NCBI GenBank assembly: GCA_041660065.1
Contig: JBAZXC010000004.1
Coordinates: forward strand, 10,098 to 74,097
Length of the DNA: 64,000 bases
Source of the DNA: Parcubacteria group bacterium
GTDB lineage: Bacteria; Patescibacteriota; Minisyncoccia; Moranbacterales; GCA-2747515
Direction: 5' to 3'
Position 1 is the first letter of the stretch. Every line of letters begins with the position of its first letter. The translations under genes and the position numbers were made by a program. The notes beneath the pieces were generated by a model that did no database searches, had not been told where the DNA came from, and saw only the letters and a list, made by a program, of their open reading frames with translations. This document shows positions 39,383 through 48,385 of this stretch, piece by piece.

Positions 39383-40276
39383 ATGTCTACCATTTATACA
39401 CAAGTGGATAAAAATATTCGTTTGACCTTTGTCTATATCACAGGATTTTTGATTTTTGTGATGGGCGTCGGTTATGTCTTTGCCAACGCGATGAACAATC
39501 AGATCATCCTCTATATTGCCGTAGCATTTTCTATCATCATGAGTTTTGTCTCATATTGGTGGAGTGACAAGATCGTCTTGAGTATGAGTGGCGCAAAAGA
39601 GGTGACGCATGACAATGCGCGGGAAATCTATCATATCGTGGAAAATTTGTGCATCACAGCAGGTCTTCCTGTGCCAAAGATCTATGTGATCGAAGATAGT
39701 GCGCCAAATGCTTTTGCTACAGGACGCGATCCGGAACATGGTGTGATCTGTTTGACAACGGGGATCATTCAAAAATTGGAGAAGACAGAATTGGAGGGGG
39801 TGGTTGCGCATGAGTTGTCGCATATTGGCAATCGAGATATTCTGCTTTCCACGGTCATCGTCGTTTTGGTCGGTTTCGTGACACTTTTGGCGGATTGGTT
39901 TCGCCGGTGGGCGTTTTTTGGTGGACGCGGACGTGACCGAGATGGCGGACAATTGCAACTCATTTTAATGATCGTCGCAATCATGTTATCCATTCTTGCT
40001 CCGATTGCGGCGGTATTGATGCAAATGGCAATTTCTCGCAAGCGTGAATTTTTGGCAGATGCTTCCGCGGTTTTGCTTACGCGATATCCGGAAGGTCTCG
40101 CTAGAGCATTGGAAAAAATTTCCGGTGACAGTGAAAAGCTTGAAGCGGCAAATCGTGCGACGGCGCATCTCTATATTGTAAATCCGTTTAAAGGAAAAAA
40201 AATCTCCGGTCTATTTGCAACACATCCGCCAGTTGAGGAACGCGTGGCGGCACTGAGAGGGTCGGAGATAAAATGA
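39383..40276 (+). CDS. htpX: M48-family zinc protease HtpX
   Basis: 297 aa; 4 TM; HELSHIGNRD (HExxH) and a downstream E; the C-terminal FATHPPVEER is typical of HtpX. Confidence 0.8.
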   Translation: MSTIYTQVDKNIRLTFVYITGFLIFVMGVGYVFANAMNNQIILYIAVAFSIIMSFVSYWWSDKIVLSMSGAKEVTHDNAREIYHIVENLCITAGLPVPKIYVIEDSAPNAFATGRDPEHGVICLTTGIIQKLEKTELEGVVAHELSHIGNRDILLSTVIVVLVGFVTLLADWFRRWAFFGGRGRDRDGGQLQLILMIVAIMLSILAPIAAVLMQMAISRKREFLADASAVLLTRYPEGLARALEKISGDSEKLEAANRATAHLYIVNPFKGKKISGLFATHPPVEERVAALRGSEIK

Positions 40277-40295
40277 TTTTATTCTCTTAAACATT

Positions 40296-40730
40296 ATGAT
40301 CATCAAATCTCCGAAAAATTCGGAAAAATATTATTGGACGGAACACGCCAAGGCAAAGATGCGTCAATATGGTTTGAGCGCGCAACGTGTTACGCGTGTC
40401 ATTCGTAGTCCACAACGCAAAGAAGAAAGTATTGTCGGTAATGGAACGATCGCTGTCATGCAGCCACAGTCAACGCGTCGCGATGCGAGCGGTAAAAAAA
40501 CATGGAACAGTGAAATTTGGGTCATGTACAAATACGCCAAGAAAAAAGTTTCTCCCACAGATGCACAAAAAGTTTCTGCAGAGGATAATCCAATGATGCG
40601 GTTTCTCAATAACGTTGCGCAAAACCAAAAGCAAATTCACATTATCAGTGCGTGGCGGTATCCCGGCAAGACAGAGCCGGGAGAAAGCTTGCCGGACGAG
40701 ATCACTGATGAGATTGCAGAAATCGCATAG
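40296..40730 (+). CDS. hypothetical protein
   Basis: 144 aa, basic and soluble; no motif. Confidence 0.45.
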   Translation: MIIKSPKNSEKYYWTEHAKAKMRQYGLSAQRVTRVIRSPQRKEESIVGNGTIAVMQPQSTRRDASGKKTWNSEIWVMYKYAKKKVSPTDAQKVSAEDNPMMRFLNNVAQNQKQIHIISAWRYPGKTEPGESLPDEITDEIAEIA

Positions 40731-40747
40731 TCTGATATAATACGAGT

Positions 40748-41182
40748 GTGAAATTAATCATAAATAATAGAAAGGTGGGTGACATTATGGAAGAACAAAA
40801 TAACACACAACAAGCACAACAACCACAGCCACAAGCACAACCGGTAGTAGCTCCCGTGCGACAAGCTGATCCTGCAGATGTGGAAAAGAATAAAACAATG
40901 GCAATTTTGGCATATTTTATTTTCTTTTTGCCACTTATTACGGACTCAAAAGACAGTCCATACGCAAAGTTTCATGCTAATCAATCGCTAGTTCTATTGA
41001 TGTTTACGGTTGGCGGATACATCATTTCAAGTATTTTGACAGTGATTTTGATCGGATTTTTGATCTACTTTGTCGTAATGATCGGAAGTATCGTACTTTG
41101 GATCATGGGCATCATCAACGCATCCAATGGTAAAATGACAGAACTTCCTCTTATCGGAGGAATTCATCTTTTGGATAAATAA
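40748..41182 (+). CDS. small membrane protein (DUF4870-like), Gln/Pro-rich N-terminus
   Basis: 144 aa; MAILAYFIFFLP...AKFHANQSL resembles the DUF4870 family; the true start may be the MEEQNN Met near 40787. Confidence 0.45.
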   Translation: MKLIINNRKVGDIMEEQNNTQQAQQPQPQAQPVVAPVRQADPADVEKNKTMAILAYFIFFLPLITDSKDSPYAKFHANQSLVLLMFTVGGYIISSILTVILIGFLIYFVVMIGSIVLWIMGIINASNGKMTELPLIGGIHLLDK

Positions 41183-41185
41183 ATT

Positions 41186-41338
41186 TAGACAAGTAGACTA
41201 ATTAGACACGTAGACTTGTAGACAAAACAAAAACAGGTGAAAACCTGTTTTTGTTTTTTTATAATGTCGAAAGTTCATCCATCTAATTATCGTCTACCTG
41301 TCTACGTGTCTACCAATCTACTTTTCTACTGATCTACC
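41186..41338. repeat. iteron-like array of TAGAC / GTCTAC pentamer repeats in inverted orientation around a terminator
   Basis: tTAGACaagTAGACtaatTAGACacgTAGACttgTAGACaaaac, then a terminator, then ...cGTCTAcctGTCTAcgtGTCTAccaaTCTActtttCTActgaTCTAcc. Confidence 0.6.
41229..41260 (+). terminator. rho-independent terminator
   Basis: AAAACAGGTgaaaACCTGTTTTTGTTTTTTT. Confidence 0.8.
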
Positions 41339-41477
41339 AGTCCCCGCCTGCATTGCGTGTGCAAAAGCACTGCGGGCAGGTACTTGTCTAAATATCTACA
41401 AGTCTCTGCCTGCTTACCTACTGGCAGGCAGGTATGGTATAGTAGAGGGAGTAAATACACATTGTAAAATAAAAAAT

Positions 41478-42929
41478 ATGGAAAAAAATATTTTGATCAA
41501 AAAAACAAAAGTTGTGGCAACACTTGGTCCGGTATCGGAAACCGTGGAGGTGTTGGAACAGATGATTCGTGCCGGACTCAATGTTGCACGGTTCAATTTT
41601 TCTCACGGGGCATATGAATGGCATGAAAAGGTGATGCAAAATGTACGCACCGCGGCAAAAAATGTGGGCGTGCCAATTGCGATCCTCGCAGATTTGCAGG
41701 GTCCGCGTGTACGCACGCATGTTTCTGCAGAAGTGGTGATCACATCCGGTGAAACGATCAAATTGTTTGACGTGTCGCAAACTGATGAAGTGATCGCAAA
41801 AAGTGCGGCAAATGCAAAATATATCGCACTGGACTGTCCACATATCGTTGATGCGATCACTGTAGGCAATGACATCCTCATCGAAGACGGACTCATGAAG
41901 TTGCGCGCAGTGGATAAGACGGCGGAGTATGTTGTCTGTGATGTGGTGGATGGCGGCACAGTCAAAAATCACAAGGGCGTGAATATTCCTGATGCGAGCA
42001 TCCCATTGCCGACGATGACAAAAAAAGATTATGATGATCTCGCATTTGCATTGGCGCATGATGTGGATTACGTGGCATTGTCGTTTGTGCGCAACGGGCA
42101 GGATATCGTCGATGTGCGGCAAAATATGCAAAAGATCATCGGCGAAGAAACATACTTGCCAAAGATCATATCAAAGATCGAATGCAAAGAAGCATTGGGG
42201 AATATGGATCGTATTCTCGCGGCGACGGATGCCGTGATGATCGCGCGTGGGGATCTCGGTATCGAAATGGATCCGACGACGATCGCAATCCTCGAAAAAG
42301 ATATTTTGGAAAAATCCATTCATCATTTGCGTCCGGTCATCGTCGCAACGCAAATGCTTGCGAGCATGGAACATAACGCACGACCGACTCGCGCGGAGGT
42401 AGCGGATGTGACCAACGCTGTTGCAGACCATACGGATGCCGTGATGCTTTCCGGTGAATCCAGTATGGGTGCATATCCGGTAGAGGCCGTGGACACAATG
42501 GCACAGATCGCGGCACATACAGAAGTGTCTCCCTATGATGATATGTTGGTGGCGATGCCGATCACGTTTTCATCCGAAGAAGTGCGTATTGCTCATGCAA
42601 CATACGATTTTGCAAAAGAAATGCATGCACAAGCGATTGTGATCTATTCGGAAAGTGGGTACACTGCGCGGATGCTGTCACATTATCGACCGGAACAGCA
42701 GATCATTGTCGTTACAAATCGTCAAAAAGCATACAACCAGCTCGCGCTCGTATGGGGCGTAAACTCGTTTCTTGCCGCGGGCGAAGAAAGCCGCGAGCAG
42801 TGCATCAACCATGCGATCGATGCGGCAAAGGGAAAAGGGATCTTGCACACAGGTGATCTCGTGATCACAATTCTTGGCACCACAAAATTGGGAAAGAAAT
42901 TAACACTTACAGGTACGCGTTTGATATAA
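41478..42929 (+). CDS. pyk: pyruvate kinase
   Basis: 483 aa; TKVVATLGP, NFSHG, MIARGDLGIE and ATQML motifs. Confidence 0.85.
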   Translation: MEKNILIKKTKVVATLGPVSETVEVLEQMIRAGLNVARFNFSHGAYEWHEKVMQNVRTAAKNVGVPIAILADLQGPRVRTHVSAEVVITSGETIKLFDVSQTDEVIAKSAANAKYIALDCPHIVDAITVGNDILIEDGLMKLRAVDKTAEYVVCDVVDGGTVKNHKGVNIPDASIPLPTMTKKDYDDLAFALAHDVDYVALSFVRNGQDIVDVRQNMQKIIGEETYLPKIISKIECKEALGNMDRILAATDAVMIARGDLGIEMDPTTIAILEKDILEKSIHHLRPVIVATQMLASMEHNARPTRAEVADVTNAVADHTDAVMLSGESSMGAYPVEAVDTMAQIAAHTEVSPYDDMLVAMPITFSSEEVRIAHATYDFAKEMHAQAIVIYSESGYTARMLSHYRPEQQIIVVTNRQKAYNQLALVWGVNSFLAAGEESREQCINHAIDAAKGKGILHTGDLVITILGTTKLGKKLTLTGTRLI

Positions 42930-43105
42930 AATTCTTCAGTGGCAGATATTACACTTCTTTGGAACCATGTAATCTCTCACATGCGTTGTTTTGTCCATAA
43001 AAAAATTTGTCATTGATATGTGGAGTAGGTATATTTTTTGCTCTTGATAAAATGACACTGGAGATGCTATGATGATACATCCGCTACAGTAGGTAAAAAT
43101 TTTCA

Positions 43106-43837
43106 TTGAAAAAATACAAAGGAGGTATTTCAATGACGGATAAAGTCATTACACAAATTGGTTCTTTGCCACATATGAATGTGAGTGAAGCGGTTAGTTA
43201 CAGCTTGCTTCACGAAATCCCATTTTTCCCTGAGCTCCCAATCCTTGGTGATTCGATGTTGAATTACGCAAAAAATCCCGGGAAAATGAGTTGTCTGGAA
43301 GAGTTCAAAAAACATCGATTTTCGCGTGTAAAGATCCAATGCATCGGTCCGGCAATACTGATCACAACAGGGTGTGGTGAGAATGAGGCATTAGAGGTCA
43401 TTTGCAATCACATTACCACGATCATGGATGGTCTTTACGCAGACGAAGTCATTCTTTTTTTGGATGAGCCGGCATTGGGGCAGGCGGGGTTTGATTATGA
43501 GAGCATATGGGATGCGATTTTCTCAAATTTTCATGTTGTCCGTGGTGTGCATTGCTGTGGTCCGATGGATTGGGATATTCTTTTGCGATCATCTGTTGTT
43601 GATATGATCAGCTTTGATGCTTCTCAGTTCAATATTGCTCTTTATCCATACTATCGCAACGGCAAAAAGATTGCGTGGGGCGTTGAGAGAAAAGAGCACG
43701 TAGCTGATTTTCGTGCAGGCGATCTGATCACACCGCCATGCGGTATGAGTCCGATGAGATATAATGTCAAAGACTGTACTGATCAACTGATCAACCTCAA
43801 ACAGATCAAAGATCATGCCATAAAAATGATGGTGTAA
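43106..43837 (+). CDS. cobalamin-independent methionine synthase (MetE C-terminal/UroD-like) family protein, short form
   Basis: 243 aa; LFLDEPALGQ (compare MetE IQIDEPA), zinc-ligand motifs VHCCGP and PPCGMS; the probable start is the MTDKV Met near 43133; a TTGATA-18-TATGAT promoter lies upstream. Confidence 0.55.
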   Translation: MKKYKGGISMTDKVITQIGSLPHMNVSEAVSYSLLHEIPFFPELPILGDSMLNYAKNPGKMSCLEEFKKHRFSRVKIQCIGPAILITTGCGENEALEVICNHITTIMDGLYADEVILFLDEPALGQAGFDYESIWDAIFSNFHVVRGVHCCGPMDWDILLRSSVVDMISFDASQFNIALYPYYRNGKKIAWGVERKEHVADFRAGDLITPPCGMSPMRYNVKDCTDQLINLKQIKDHAIKMMV

Positions 43838-43903
43838 AAAATGATCTTACCAGTATCAAAGAGACTTCTGATAGTAATTATCACGGGTCTCTTTTCATTT
43901 TGA

Positions 43904-44617
43904 GTGCATGCTTGTATCATGATAGATATGAAAAAATATCTTGTCATTTCAGTGATCGTGATCATTGTAGGCGTGATATTTTTTATCTGGTCAAAAAATT
44001 ATTTTGTACAACCATTTAATAATGTCCAAGATATTCCAATCCAAGATGAGAAGCAGATGCTTCCCAACGATATAATATCTCCGGAAGTGCCCAATATATC
44101 TGATGCGAAATCACGTGATTTTCAGTCTCCGCTGGAAAGAGCAAACGAGCGTGTGATCAAAAAATATTTTGGCATATTCATTACGCAGCAAAATTCTCCC
44201 ATTCAACCAGAAAGATTTTATGGTTATCATACGGGTACTGATTTTGAGATTTTTCCTGAAGAACGTGATGCACCAGTTGTGGTAAAGGCGATCTGCACAG
44301 GTCAAGTGCTTGTAAAGAGATCTGCTACAGGTTATGGCGGTGTGGTAGTACAATCATGTGATGTGAATGGTCAGCCTGTGACAGTGATCTATGGTCACAT
44401 GAAGCTGGCGAGCATTTCTCAAAAAATAGGCGACCATGTGGATATGGGTGAGGAAATTGGGGTTTTGGGATCGGATAAGAGCATAGAAACCGGCGGAGAA
44501 CGGAAGCATCTCCATCTCGGCATCCACAAAGGAACAGGTATCAACATCATGGGCTATGTCCAGAAAAAAAATGAACTCGATGCATGGCTTGATCCGTGCG
44601 TGTATGTTTGCGACTAG
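43904..44617 (+). CDS. M23 family metallopeptidase (LytM-like)
   Basis: 237 aa; N-terminal TM; M23 motifs GYHTGTDFE ... HLHLGIH. Confidence 0.75.
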   Translation: MHACIMIDMKKYLVISVIVIIVGVIFFIWSKNYFVQPFNNVQDIPIQDEKQMLPNDIISPEVPNISDAKSRDFQSPLERANERVIKKYFGIFITQQNSPIQPERFYGYHTGTDFEIFPEERDAPVVVKAICTGQVLVKRSATGYGGVVVQSCDVNGQPVTVIYGHMKLASISQKIGDHVDMGEEIGVLGSDKSIETGGERKHLHLGIHKGTGINIMGYVQKKNELDAWLDPCVYVCD

Positions 44618-44672
44618 GTCGTATGCAACGTGAATATAAAAGAGCGAAGAATTTTCTTCGCTCTTTGGTTTT

Positions 44673-45281
44673 TTATGTGAGGTGATCAATGGATCGTCTT
44701 AGATTAGATTTTGCTTGCTTTTCATATTTTTCTCTAAAATATTCTGTTAGAAATATGAAAGGACGGTGCAAAAAACGTCTGAGTATCTTGGCGCGTTCTC
44801 TTGCAAAAATATCTGCGGGAATATGAGAATACTCTTTACGAATATTTTTCTCATAGGTGTCAAAGATCTCAGTTGATTGTCCAAAGATCGTCAAGTCAAT
44901 ATCAATGATGACTTTGGCATCATTGTCTGCAGGACACGTGTTATGTGTTGTTGACAAAATGAGATTGGCCACTTTTTCTCCAAATGTGTCTGGCATGCCC
45001 ATTTCTCGACATAACGCAGTGGCGAATGTGGCACTTCGTTTCTCATCTCCGCTCTGAGGAAAGGCATCGTGCATAAAGATTGCCATAGCAACAGTCTCTC
45101 TGTCATTGATCAAGCGTGTAGGGACATCTTTTAGCTCTGCGATGCAAAAAGCGATATGTCCGTAAAACGTGTGATAAAATCTCGCTGGTGTGCGATATGT
45201 CGCAACGAGTTTTGTATAGGTGTCTGAGCATCTTTTCTCGGTGCCGAACTTTTTGCAAATGTGCATGAAATATTTTTCCAT
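44673..45281 (-). CDS. hypothetical protein, possible HD-superfamily hydrolase
   Basis: 202 aa; H...H ... FMHDA pattern (YHTFYGHI ... AIFMHDAF); assignment is weak. Confidence 0.4.
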   Translation of the reverse strand: MEKYFMHICKKFGTEKRCSDTYTKLVATYRTPARFYHTFYGHIAFCIAELKDVPTRLINDRETVAMAIFMHDAFPQSGDEKRSATFATALCREMGMPDTFGEKVANLILSTTHNTCPADNDAKVIIDIDLTIFGQSTEIFDTYEKNIRKEYSHIPADIFARERAKILRRFLHRPFIFLTEYFREKYEKQAKSNLRRSIDHLT

Positions 45282-45283
45282 TT

Positions 45284-46339
45284 TCAGATCTCCTTTGAAG
45301 TGGAAATTTTTTGCAGAAAATTTATAGCGCGTTTTCGCAGTGTGCAGATATTTCCATCTGAGTTAATGACATGTAGCTCCAAGCGGTTTTTATGAGCGAT
45401 ATCGATCGATTGGGCGAGGTCGGGGATTTCTGTGATAAAACGCATATGCCTGTCAGTGCCACGCTCTGTGATTCGTCGACGATTTTCCATTTCATCTTCG
45501 CAGACCACATAAAGAACTTTGTGTCCGATGTAGCGGTATAATTCTTTGCCAGGTTTCAACCCATAGGAAATTTCCAAAAAAACGTTGGTGCCTTTTGGCA
45601 CTTTTTGCAGTGCTTTTTTCAAAAATTGAAACCACTGCGGTGCAACAAATGCGGTCAATTCGGCATCGTGTGTAATTGCCAGATCGACGAGGTCGGTCTT
45701 GTCTCCGAACTTTGCAATGATCAATGGTTTGATCAGCGCGGAAAAAAGATCTGTGTTGATGTGGATATTGATTGGGTCGATCCCAGTAAGCATTGTGAGA
45801 AATGTGGATTTGCCTGAGCCAGGTCTTCCGACAACCATGAACAGATTTTTAATCCCCAGCGATTTTTCCAGTAATAGCGTGACAATGGCAGGAGAGACAC
45901 ATGATGCGAGATCGTAAAAATCGCATTCTGTCGTAGATTTTCTCGCTCGTGAAGCGGAAATACCGGCAAATTCTTTTTCGGCCAAGATATAGAAGATCTT
46001 ATCGATGCCAAATTGTTCTTTGTTGAGTTTCATCACACGCTTTTCATTTTCCATATCGTTTTCGTCGCGTATGCCACGGATCATGATGATGCGCGAGAGG
46101 TCGACATACTCTTGGGAATATTCTGCGAATGTTTTTATCAAAACATTTTTTGGAAGAGGATAGTGTTGCCACATCGTTTTGCATTCCTCCTCAGAAAACC
46201 AGCGTGTGCCATTTTTTGCTTCATTGGTTGAGCAGATGATCGTCACTTCGGGGAATATTTCTGCGGATCTTTTTGCAATTTGGAAATGACCATGTGTCGG
46301 CGGGGTAAAGCATCCAGGATATACAGCAGTTGTTTTCAT
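45284..46339 (-). CDS. fusion protein: cytidylyltransferase-like nucleotidyltransferase (CoaD/NMNAT-like) + P-loop kinase domain (NadR-like or dephospho-CoA-kinase-like)
   Basis: 351 aa; N-terminal YPGCFTPPTHGHFQI (HxGH) and ISASRAR (the ISST-R motif); C-terminal Walker A VVGRPGSGKST. Confidence 0.6.
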   Translation of the reverse strand: MKTTAVYPGCFTPPTHGHFQIAKRSAEIFPEVTIICSTNEAKNGTRWFSEEECKTMWQHYPLPKNVLIKTFAEYSQEYVDLSRIIMIRGIRDENDMENEKRVMKLNKEQFGIDKIFYILAEKEFAGISASRARKSTTECDFYDLASCVSPAIVTLLLEKSLGIKNLFMVVGRPGSGKSTFLTMLTGIDPINIHINTDLFSALIKPLIIAKFGDKTDLVDLAITHDAELTAFVAPQWFQFLKKALQKVPKGTNVFLEISYGLKPGKELYRYIGHKVLYVVCEDEMENRRRITERGTDRHMRFITEIPDLAQSIDIAHKNRLELHVINSDGNICTLRKRAINFLQKISTSKEI

Positions 46340-46429
46340 AGTTGCCTCCGTATGATGTGATTGTTAAGGAACGTGTGACCACATGATAGAAAAATAACGA
46401 TCTTTTGTTCGGAAAGATCACAAAAAATA

Positions 46430-46499
46430 TTGACAGGGGGTGAATTATCCTTTAAAATAGGGGGTATTAAGCATTGATAGTGACGAAAATTTTCGTCAC
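46430..46499 (+). promoter_or_regulatory. sigma70-like promoter plus perfect 20-bp palindromic operator
   Basis: TTGACA-17-TAAAAT (46430-46458), followed by GTGACGAAAATTTTCGTCAC (46480-46499) just upstream of the TrmB-family regulator gene. Confidence 0.55.
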
Positions 46500-46511
46500 C
46501 ACATTATTTTT

Positions 46512-47270
46512 ATGAGCGAATATAAAGCAATCACTAGACAACTGAGAGAATTAGGTTTCAATCGCAATGAAGCAAAGACGTATGTCGCTCTGACACAATT
46601 GGGAGAATCCAATGCTACAAATATTGCAAAAAAAGCCGGTCTCCCGCGAACGACTGTGATCAGCATCTTACAAAAACTGGAAGGCGAAAAGTACATTTCC
46701 ATCCACAGATATCGCGGAAGAAGTTATTTTTGGATCGAGTCGCCACACATGCTCAAGCAGGCATTTATGAATCGTGTGAAGCAAGCAGATGAATTGGGCA
46801 TGCTTTTGGCCGATCTTTATCGCTCAGAGTCTGATTTTCCTTTTGCAAAGATTTATGACAGCAAAGCGAGCATCAAATCATTTATTGAAAAAATGATACT
46901 TGGGATGAAGAAAAAAAGTGAGATTTACACGATAGAAAATCCGCATGCGGGAAATTATCATAAAATTTTATCGGAGGAATTTTTCTACGCAATGCTGGAC
47001 TTGAAGAAAGAAAAAAATATTATCACAAAATCTCTGGTAACCGCAGGATCGATCAAAGACATCCGTCCACAAAAAATAGAAAGACAGACGATCATCCTCC
47101 GCGAAATGCCAAAGGACATCGCATTTAAGGCATCGTTCTGGATTGTTGGTGATACTCTGGTTCTGTTTTCCGGAAAATATCCCTTTATTGTAGCGATCGA
47201 TCATCGCATCATAACGGACAGCATGAAAAGTATCTTCAACTATTTTTGGAACATTTCTACACAGAAATGA
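46512..47270 (+). CDS. TrmB-family transcriptional regulator (HTH + sugar-sensing-like C-terminal domain)
   Basis: 252 aa; the N-terminal wHTH YVALTQLGESNATNIAKKAGLPRTTVISILQKLEGEKYI matches the TrmB HTH. Confidence 0.65.
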   Translation: MSEYKAITRQLRELGFNRNEAKTYVALTQLGESNATNIAKKAGLPRTTVISILQKLEGEKYISIHRYRGRSYFWIESPHMLKQAFMNRVKQADELGMLLADLYRSESDFPFAKIYDSKASIKSFIEKMILGMKKKSEIYTIENPHAGNYHKILSEEFFYAMLDLKKEKNIITKSLVTAGSIKDIRPQKIERQTIILREMPKDIAFKASFWIVGDTLVLFSGKYPFIVAIDHRIITDSMKSIFNYFWNISTQK

Positions 47271-47459
47271 TATGATCGGTGCATGTTTGATGGTAAAGTT
47301 TAAAATATTTTTCAATCAGTCTCCCGAACATTCTCACATGTTATTTTTACAGAGGTACAAAAGGATGTTACTATGGTGGCATAGATTGACAGGCAAATTC
47401 TTTTACACAACATCGGATCACATTTTTTATTTTGCGATGTAAGAATTAACAATACGCTT

Positions 47460-47939
47460 ATGATGGAACTTGAAGATAAGATCAAAGGGGTAATTGCCGG
47501 GCTTTTTGGATCGATCATTGCCAGTTTTGGCGTTGCTTTGGGCGCATCTCTTTTGACAACGAATTATTGGACGGTGATACTCTCCGGCTTGATCGTCGGT
47601 TTGGCCAGTAGTTTTGCCAATGCTTTTGGGCCGTTGGTTTCCAGTACGCGTATGCATAATTCTCAAATGTGTTCCAGTGATGATCTGGGACAGGCCTTTG
47701 GATCATGTTTTCTTACATTTATCTTTGTCGGGATGCCTCTTATTTCTTATGTGTTGATCAATGATCTTTCACTTGCAAGGATCATCTCGATCATCACGGG
47801 ACTGGTGCTTCTCTTTATTCTCGGTGTACATGAGGCGCAACTGGAGCATCGATCCCCGTTGGTCTTTGGTTTCACCATGATGATGGTTGGCGTTGTTTGC
47901 GCATATGTTTTTTACCTTTTGGCCAATCTGCTGAAATAA
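47460..47939 (+). CDS. small polytopic membrane protein (VIT1/CCC1-like?)
   Basis: 159 aa, 4 TM; only weak family resemblance. Confidence 0.45.
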   Translation: MMELEDKIKGVIAGLFGSIIASFGVALGASLLTTNYWTVILSGLIVGLASSFANAFGPLVSSTRMHNSQMCSSDDLGQAFGSCFLTFIFVGMPLISYVLINDLSLARIISIITGLVLLFILGVHEAQLEHRSPLVFGFTMMMVGVVCAYVFYLLANLLK

Positions 47940-48066
47940 AAGCATTATATCGGTACTTGACTTTTATGGGTCTGACTCTCTATTATGGCAGAAAGAGATT
48001 TCGCATAGGTTCTGGTAGGCTGCTTTTGGGATATTTTACCTAACAAATTTTTAGGGAGGAATGATC

Positions 48067-48222
48067 ATGAAGGAGTGTACGTGCGATAACAGACATTGTT
48101 GCTGTTGTTCTCATACCAAAAAAGAAACGATCTATAGCCAAAATGAGTTTGGGCATAAGTTTTCTTTTGAAAGAATAACGTGTGCTGACTGCGGGAAATG
48201 GATCACGGATAAACGGTGTTGA
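48067..48222 (+). CDS. small Cys-rich protein (51 aa, 9 Cys)
   Basis: MKECTCDNRHCCCCSHTKKETIYSQNEFGHKFSFERITCADCGKWITDKRC; preceded by AGGGAGG and a TTGACT-18-TATTAT promoter at 47957-47986; absent from the ORF track because it is under 60 aa. Confidence 0.4.
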   Translation: MKECTCDNRHCCCCSHTKKETIYSQNEFGHKFSFERITCADCGKWITDKRC

Positions 48223-48385
48223 CGTATTTCTTCTGTTCTTTTGTCCAAAATAATGCTACCGATGCTGTACTTGCAGAGGTAGCATTTTATTTTCTATAGA
48301 GGATCAACTTATAAATGTTGACACGTGACTTATTATCTGATTTACTTGAGTATCAGTTGTTTACCAATCACATAATAATACGGAG

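Noticed and set aside
43010-43105. Possible SAM/Met riboswitch upstream of the MetE-like gene
   Set aside because: The leader is only about 60 nt and shows none of the conserved S-box or SAM-II elements.
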